This document shows, piece after piece, positions 10,812 through 16,803 of a stretch of DNA of 16,803 nt. Made by a program: the position numbers and the translations under genes. Numbering within the stretch: the first letter of the stretch is position 1; each line of letters starts with the position of its first letter. The notes beneath the pieces were generated by a model. The model saw only the letters and a program-made list of their open reading frames with translations, was not told the DNA's origin and did no database searches. Source of the DNA: Tubiluchus corallicola (Eukaryota; Animalia; Priapulida); NCBI GenBank assembly GCA_030141605.1, contig JAQGDQ010002045.1, positions 1 through 16,803 of the forward strand, given 5' to 3'.

Positions 10812-12253
10812 GTAAGAAGTTTGTATAAAAATCAATATTTCTTTTTATTACATTTGTGTGGTGTATTACATAATCTGGTTCTGTGTGGTGCCAGATTAAG
10901 ACATAGGCTTTATGGGCTGCAAACCAGGGCCCTCCGCCAAGTGAGGGGCAGCCAGAGATTAAGCGAAATTAATTTCCTGTGAAAGAATATTTACTGTCTA
11001 CAGAATATTAATTGACAGGAAAATTATATTGATCAAAGTCTGTAATATTACTAGTAAAATGTCTGGAGTTACAGCATAAATACACAGATTTATAGTGGCT
11101 TCAAAGCGTTCATTAGTGAATAGGAGTTAATTGGTATTAGTAACAGTATATTTATACATTAAAATACCAGTACTTTATTTATTGAAATTGGTACGTATTA
11201 TATTTAATATTTCAAAGCTTATTTTAATTTCTAAATTTATGAACATCTCTTCTCTTTTTTGTTGTGTTTGACTTGCCACCCATGTATGTGGGTCTAATGT
11301 TGGCATTATGTTTTCGAAGTTGAATAAACTGATTTGAAGAATCCAACATTCATGCTTTTGTTAATTGGCACTGTGGGCCTAATGTTGGCATTATGCTGCA
11401 GAAGTTGAATAGGCTCAGTATTTATAATGTCAAAATCTGCCCCCTTGTTCTGCTTTGGTGTTGTTTTTCTCAAGTTTCTGCAAAATAATTTCACCCCTTC
11501 ACGATGAACTCAAGCAGATGAGGACAAGTAAAAATGGTGTATGGCATTGTTTGACAGTGTTTAAAGAAATTTAACAGAAGTTAAAAAAACTATTAATTTC
11601 TGATATGTTTTCTACTGTTGTAGAACTGTGGATGCAGGTTGTTTTGAACGTAATTAGTGTCAGTTTTTTTGTTGTTTGTTTTTATTGTATTTGTTCCTGT
11701 TTTATGCTCTTTTAATCTTTTTGGTATTTTTGCCAGATCATGTAATACATGACAAAATTTTGCAACTACTGGTACTACTTAGAATAGGCCTTTTCTCAGT
11801 TTTGCTGTGTAGGTCACAGGTTAAGTGTACCACAGCAACGTGTCTTAACTACAATCGTCATGTTACATGTGGGTAGATCAAAGCCGCCTGCCCAGTCAGT
11901 TTAGTAACTTCAGTGGACTTTACTTAATTATGCATTGGCCAATGTGCAGAGCGATTTACTAGCAGGATCTTGCTTGGAAACAAGGAAAATGAACTAGGAA
12001 AGGTTCTAGCTAGGTGTTAAAATTGTTGCTATTACAATAGCTCGGGCTGCGAGGTGTTGTCAAGTGTACACAAATGTGTTGTCTGGTATACTTAACCTTT
12101 GACCTTTTCACGATCATCATCAACTGTGAAAAGGCTTATCAGAGCAGTTTAAAAGCCAAAGGTTTTTCAGTACCTGTAGTAACCAATTGTTACAATTTCT
12201 AGTAAAAACTTACTGTAAATAATCGCATTGATTTTATTAATGTTATTTTACAG

Positions 12254-12324
12254 TTAATGGTTCAATTCAATAGAGTGGACTTGCTATATCACCCAGTGTG
12301 TCAAGCTTATCTGAACATGAAGTG
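12254..12324 (+). CDS. TRPA1: TRPA1 exon H (pre-S1 helix); not in the ORF track
   Basis: Acceptor ttttacag|TTA, donor TG|gtaagt; 71 nt, phase 0/2. Encodes LMVQFNRVDLLYHPVCQAYLNMK(W), versus human AMVQNNRIELLNHPVCKEYLLMKW. Confidence 0.93.
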
Positions 12325-13099
12325 GTAAGTACAGTCTGCAATATCTCGACATTGAATTTACCACATTTCTAGTTAAACTGTATTAGCTTAGTATTGGTAA
12401 ATATGGACAATCGGCAAATTCGGACTGATGCCTTTCAGTGTATACATCTGACATAAAATTACAGCATCTTAAAAAAACTTTCAAGGATAACATGTCAGCA
12501 CCACTTCCAAACAAATGCAGACATTTCACTGGCAAAATAAAGAATTCAGTATACCAAATTTCACTGGAGATTTGATATAAATAATAAGATACGAGCACCA
12601 AAATTCACTTTACAGTTATGATTTAATCCAGTCTATGTGTGAACACAACAAATAAACATGATGAACATTAATTCGAACACAAAATACAAAAAAATTGTTG
12701 CGTAGATAACACATCGCACAATAAATGTTCGTATTAGAATGAACACAAGCCATTCAGATCAGCATGAACATGATGCACTGAACATTCATATTAGCATAAG
12801 CCTATGAACACAGGGGCATTCATACAGCTAAATACTTTTGCATTTGTCTACACTGCTGTTAATAGTTCACTTCTACAAAAGACGGTTTGAACAATATGAA
12901 CCTTTACATTAGTAATAACAAAATGAACATTCAAAATAGGACAACACATTGTTAGTAAGAAACAAAAAATGTGTGTAAGTGCAACAAGCTAACATGGATT
13001 TACGGAACAGTCTAAACAGAAAGCTACCACAATGAATCTGATAAACACAAAGGCAATGCATGTCACAATGCTTCACAGTACGATTTCACAATCACTCAC

Positions 13100-13280
13100 T
13101 TGCAAGTAATGATCCTCATGCGAAACTACGTAATGAGAGGCATTGTATTCATTAAGATAATCTTGATGTCTATGAATGTGGTCCATTGGGTCCCGCACTG
13201 TTGCAAACAATGTAAGCATTGCTAGGAACAGTACGTACAATCCAAGATTGAGAAAATGCAGATATACACCATATGTGTTC
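13100..13280 (-). CDS. TRPA1: TRPA1 exon I (S1 transmembrane helix plus S1-S2 loop), on the strand opposite exons A-H; not in the ORF track
   Basis: On the minus strand: acceptor tttctttttatacag|G, donor CAA|gtgagt; 181 nt, phase 2/0, completing the TG|G Trp codon of exon H. Encodes (W)NTYGVYLHFLNLGLYVLFLAMLTLFATVRDPMDHIHRHQDYLNEYNASHYVVSHEDHYLQ, versus human WLAYGFRAHMMNLGSYCLGLIPMTILV. Confidence 0.9.
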
Positions 13281-13630
13281 CTGTATAAAAAGAAATGTTA
13301 TTTATTTTGCAGCTAAACGTCCATTTTACATTAATTAATTGCATCTTAATTAAGATCGTTAAAAAAGTATTCAAACAATGTTTTGGTTTTACTTTGCAAG
13401 TTGTCCAACAAAAATATACTGTTTTTATACCTGATGGATGAATAACTGAGAGGGCACTGTGTACATTTAGCGATCGAAGTTAAGCACTGCTAGACCTAAT
13501 TAGTAAATTGAAGGGTGACTGCCTGAAAAAAGCTTCTGAGCAGTTTCATCTATCAAACTCTCCAAGGTATTTCCTTTGGCTGAAAACATTCTGTATCTAG
13601 TAGATGCTACCGCTGAATGAAATCATTGTT

Positions 13631-14330
13631 CCCAAAGTCGTGATAAGTCACAGCTTTTGTACATAAAACCACGTTCACATCCCAAAGTCGTGATAAGTCA
13701 CAGCTTTTGTACATAAGAGCACTTTCACATCCCAAAGTCGTGATAAGTCACAGCTTTTGTACATAAGAGCACTTTCACATCCCAAAGTCGTGATAAGTCA
13801 CAGCTTTTGTACATAAAACCACGTTCACATCCCAAAGTCGTGATAAGTCACAGTTTTTGTACATAAAAGCACTTTCACATCCCAAAGTCGTGATACGTCA
13901 CAGCTTTTGTACATAAAAGCACTTTCACATCCCAAAGTCGTGATAAGTCACAGCTTTTGTACATAAAAGCACTTTCACATCCCAAAGTCGCGATAAGTCA
14001 CAGCTTTTGTACATAAAAGCACTTTCACATCCCAAAGTCGTGATAAGTCACAGCTTTTGTACATAAAAGCACTTTCACATCCCAAAGTCGTGATACGTCA
14101 CAGCTTTTGTACATAAAAGCACTTTCACATCCCAAAGTCGTGACAAGTCACAGCTTTTGTACATAAAAGCACTTTCACATCCCAAAGTCGCGACAAGTCA
14201 CAGTTTTTGTACATAAAAGCACTTTCACATCCCAAAGTCGTGATAAGTCACAGCTTTTGTACATAAAAGCACTTTCACATCCCAAAGTCGCGACAAGTCA
14301 CAGTTTTTGTACATAAAAGCACTTTCACAT
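13631..14330. repeat. 50-bp minisatellite, 14 copies, inside the spacer
   Basis: cccaaagtcg recurs exactly every 50 bp from 13631 to 14281, with substitutions only. Confidence 0.98.
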
Positions 14331-14339
14331 TTGCAACAA

Positions 14340-15040
14340 TTAAAGGAGAAGAGAAGGAGATTTTGAAGTGTGAATGAATGAACCTTCTGGCAATAGTAAT
14401 GCTAAACTAATGATCCGGCTTAAAGCACAACAAAACCCTCCACTCACATCGAGCGTGCAGGGCTTGCATCGGCAGTAACGCTGTATAAAACTTGTCAAAG
14501 CTCCGGCGATGACTGTTAGGTGTAGTCATTTTGATGGTTGGTCGTTTGAAACAAGTTTAGATAACATTGCGTGAAGTTTGGAAAAATAATCAGAGCATTC
14601 GTAGCACACATGTTACTAACTAAATAAAATTTTAAATTACTGTATCTAGTTGATAAGATTAAAAATACGTTTTTGGTTAGTGAGTGGTGCACCATGGAGG
14701 TGAGGCAGCGACATTTTACCAATTGGCTCGAATATTTAAAATTATTTTTTTCTAGTTACATAAGTTTTTCCAGCAGGTAAGTGAAACGCTAAGTAATATA
14801 GATTTGCACGGAAAGTATTTTGGGACATAATTTAACATTTTCTTTTCTTGCCCTGATTTACCTTGTGCGTATATGACGTCATATAATGGCGACTTCGAAA
14901 CAGTATTCTGGGAGATTTAAAACGAAAACATACAAAAATCCGAACGCGAGTACGAAATATGCATAAAATTGATGTACAGAAACATAATTTTAAGGCGATT
15001 TTTGTAAAACCTACTTCAGATACCATTTTCTTGTCCTTAA
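14340..15040. mobile_element. Possible decayed TTAA-flanked non-autonomous DNA transposon (Kolobok/piggyBac-like MITE)
   Basis: Left end ttaa-aggagaagagaaggagattttgaagt and reverse-complemented right end ttaa-ggacaagaaaatggtatctgaagt form an imperfect terminal inverted repeat with TTAA on both sides; no transposase ORF. Confidence 0.3.
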
Positions 15041-15112
15041 GCAACAGTAAATAAAACAGTTTAACTAGAAATGTGGTAAATTCAATGTCGAGATATTGCA
15101 GACTGTACTTAC

Positions 15113-15183
15113 CACTTCATGTTCAGATAAGCTTGACACACTGGGTGATATAGCAAGTCCACTCTATTGAATTGAACCATTAA
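15113..15183 (-). CDS. TRPA1: Inverted duplicate of TRPA1 exon H (H')
   Basis: Reverse complement of 12254-12324 with splice sites intact; co-oriented with and upstream of exon I on the minus strand (intron 13281-15112). Confidence 0.8.
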
Positions 15184-16625
15184 CTGTAAAATAACATTAA
15201 TAAAATCAATGCGATTATTTACAGTAAGTTTTTACTAGAAATTGTAACAATTGGTTACTACAGGTACTGAAAAACCTTTGGCTTTTAAACTGCTCTGATA
15301 AGCCTTTTCACAGTTGATGATGATCGTGAAAAGGTCAAAGGTTAAGTATACCAGACAACACATTTGTGTACACTTGACAACACCTCGCAGCCCGAGCTAT
15401 TGTAATAGCAACAATTTTAACACCTAGCTAGAACCTTTCCTAGTTCATTTTCCTTGTTTCCAAGCAAGATCCTGCTAGTAAATCGCTCTGCACATTGGCC
15501 AATGCATAATTAAGTAAAGTCCACTGAAGTTACTAAACTGACTGGGCAGGCGGCTTTGATCTACCCACATGTAACATGACGATTGTAGTTAAGACACGTT
15601 GCTGTGGTACACTTAACCTGTGACCTACACAGCAAAACTGAGAAAAGGCCTATTCTAAGTAGTACCAGTAGTTGCAAAATTTTGTCATGTATTACATGAT
15701 CTGGCAAAAATACCAAAAAGATTAAAAGAGCATAAAACAGGAACAAATACAATAAAAACAAACAACAAAAAAACTGACACTAATTACGTTCAAAACAACC
15801 TGCATCCACAGTTCTACAACAGTAGAAAACATATCAGAAATTAATAGTTTTTTTAACTTCTGTTAAATTTCTTTAAACACTGTCAAACAATGCCATACAC
15901 CATTTTTACTTGTCCTCATCTGCTTGAGTTCATCGTGAAGGGGTGAAATTATTTTGCAGAAACTTGAGAAAAACAACACCAAAGCAGAACAAGGGGGCAG
16001 ATTTTGACATTATAAATACTGAGCCTATTCAACTTCTGCAGCATAATGCCAACATTAGGCCCACAGTGCCAATTAACAAAAGCATGAATGTTGGATTCTT
16101 CAAATCAGTTTATTCAACTTCGAAAACATAATGCCAACATTAGACCCACATACATGGGTGGCAAGTCAAACACAACAAAAAAGAGAAGAGATGTTCATAA
16201 ATTTAGAAATTAAAATAAGCTTTGAAATATTAAATATAATACGTACCAATTTCAATAAATAAAGTACTGGTATTTTAATGTATAAATATACTGTTACTAA
16301 TACCAATTAACTCCTATTCACTAATGAACGCTTTGAAGCCACTATAAATCTGTGTATTTATGCTGTAACTCCAGACATTTTACTAGTAATATTACAGACT
16401 TTGATCAATATAATTTTCCTGTCAATTAATATTCTGTAGACAGTAAATATTCTTTCACAGGAAATTAATTTCGCTTAATCTCTGGCTGCCCCTCACTTGG
16501 CGGAGGGCCCTGGTTTGCAGCCCATAAAGCCTATGTCTTAATCTGGCACCACACAGAACCAGATTATGTAATACACCACACAAATGTAATAAAAAGAAAT
16601 ATTGATTTTTATACAAACTTCTTAC

Positions 16626-16721
16626 ATTTGGTGCATATAATGGAGTGTAATCTTCATTATTCTTCCTTGCTGATCTCATCCATGTCAAAGGACACTGAAG
16701 ATATCTGAAGTCATACTTGTG
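16626..16721 (-). CDS. TRPA1: Inverted duplicate of TRPA1 exon G (G')
   Basis: Reverse complement of 10716-10811 with splice sites intact; the ORF track shows identical 111-aa ORFs at 10647-10982(+) and 16455-16790(-). Confidence 0.8.
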
Positions 16722-16803
16722 CTGAAAAACATAACAAAAACACCTGTAATTTGCTTCTTTGTCTGACAGGTCATTATCAGATGCCTTCATTTATCTCTCA
16801 GTT

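Larger units (their letters stand above)
10641..12381 (+). repeat. Left arm of a 1741-bp inverted repeat (contains exons G, H and the intron between them)
   Basis: Reverse complement of 15056-16796. Paired coordinates sum to 27437 at both ends and for all three mirrored ORFs, so there is no net indel; no mismatches seen in spot checks. Confidence 0.97.
15056..16796 (-). repeat. Right arm of the 1741-bp inverted repeat
   Basis: Starts acagtttaactagaaatgtgg (reverse complement of ccacatttctagttaaactgt). Ends ...cttcatttatct and then diverges (ctcagtt versus expected tagagct); only 7 bp of outer flank are visible. Confidence 0.95.

Noticed and set aside
11306-11876. 62-aa and 66-aa ORFs present twice (mirrored at 15943-16131 and 15561-15761)
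   Set aside because: Intron G-H sequence; identical only because of the inverted duplication.
12383-12601. 72-aa minus-strand ORF as a possible S2/S3 exon after exon I
   Set aside because: No recognisable TRPA1 S2-S3 motif or convincing splice-site pair by eye; a spliced alignment would be needed to exclude it fully.
13631-14330. CRISPR-like regular array (also considered for 9460-10478)
   Set aside because: Units are contiguous with no unique spacers, there are no cas genes, and the context is a spliceosomal-intron gene.
10641-16796. Foldback or other TIR transposon as the explanation of the large inverted repeat
   Set aside because: The arms are host exon and intron sequence, the spacer holds the next host exon, and no transposase or target-site duplication is visible.

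Overview
AT-rich animal (probably invertebrate) genomic DNA containing the middle of an intron-rich TRPA1 ion-channel gene. Eight + strand exons (A-H, 1598-12324) splice in frame at GT-AG sites and encode the late ankyrin repeats, linker and pre-S1 region. The next exon (I, first transmembrane helix S1, 13100-13280) lies on the opposite strand. It sits inside a 2674-bp spacer between two apparently identical 1741-bp inverted repeats (10641-12381 and 15056-16796), each carrying exons G and H. As assembled, the gene cannot be cis-spliced into a full channel; flipping the spacer between the arms would restore it. This is either an invertible exon cassette, inversion polymorphism or trans-spliced locus, or an orientation error in the assembly. 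Most introns carry their own tandem repeat ((ATT)n, 26-bp, (TA)n, ~48-bp, (GACT)n, 66-bp, 50-bp), which explains the long low-complexity ORFs. Family assignment rests on recalled human TRPA1 motifs, not on a database search.
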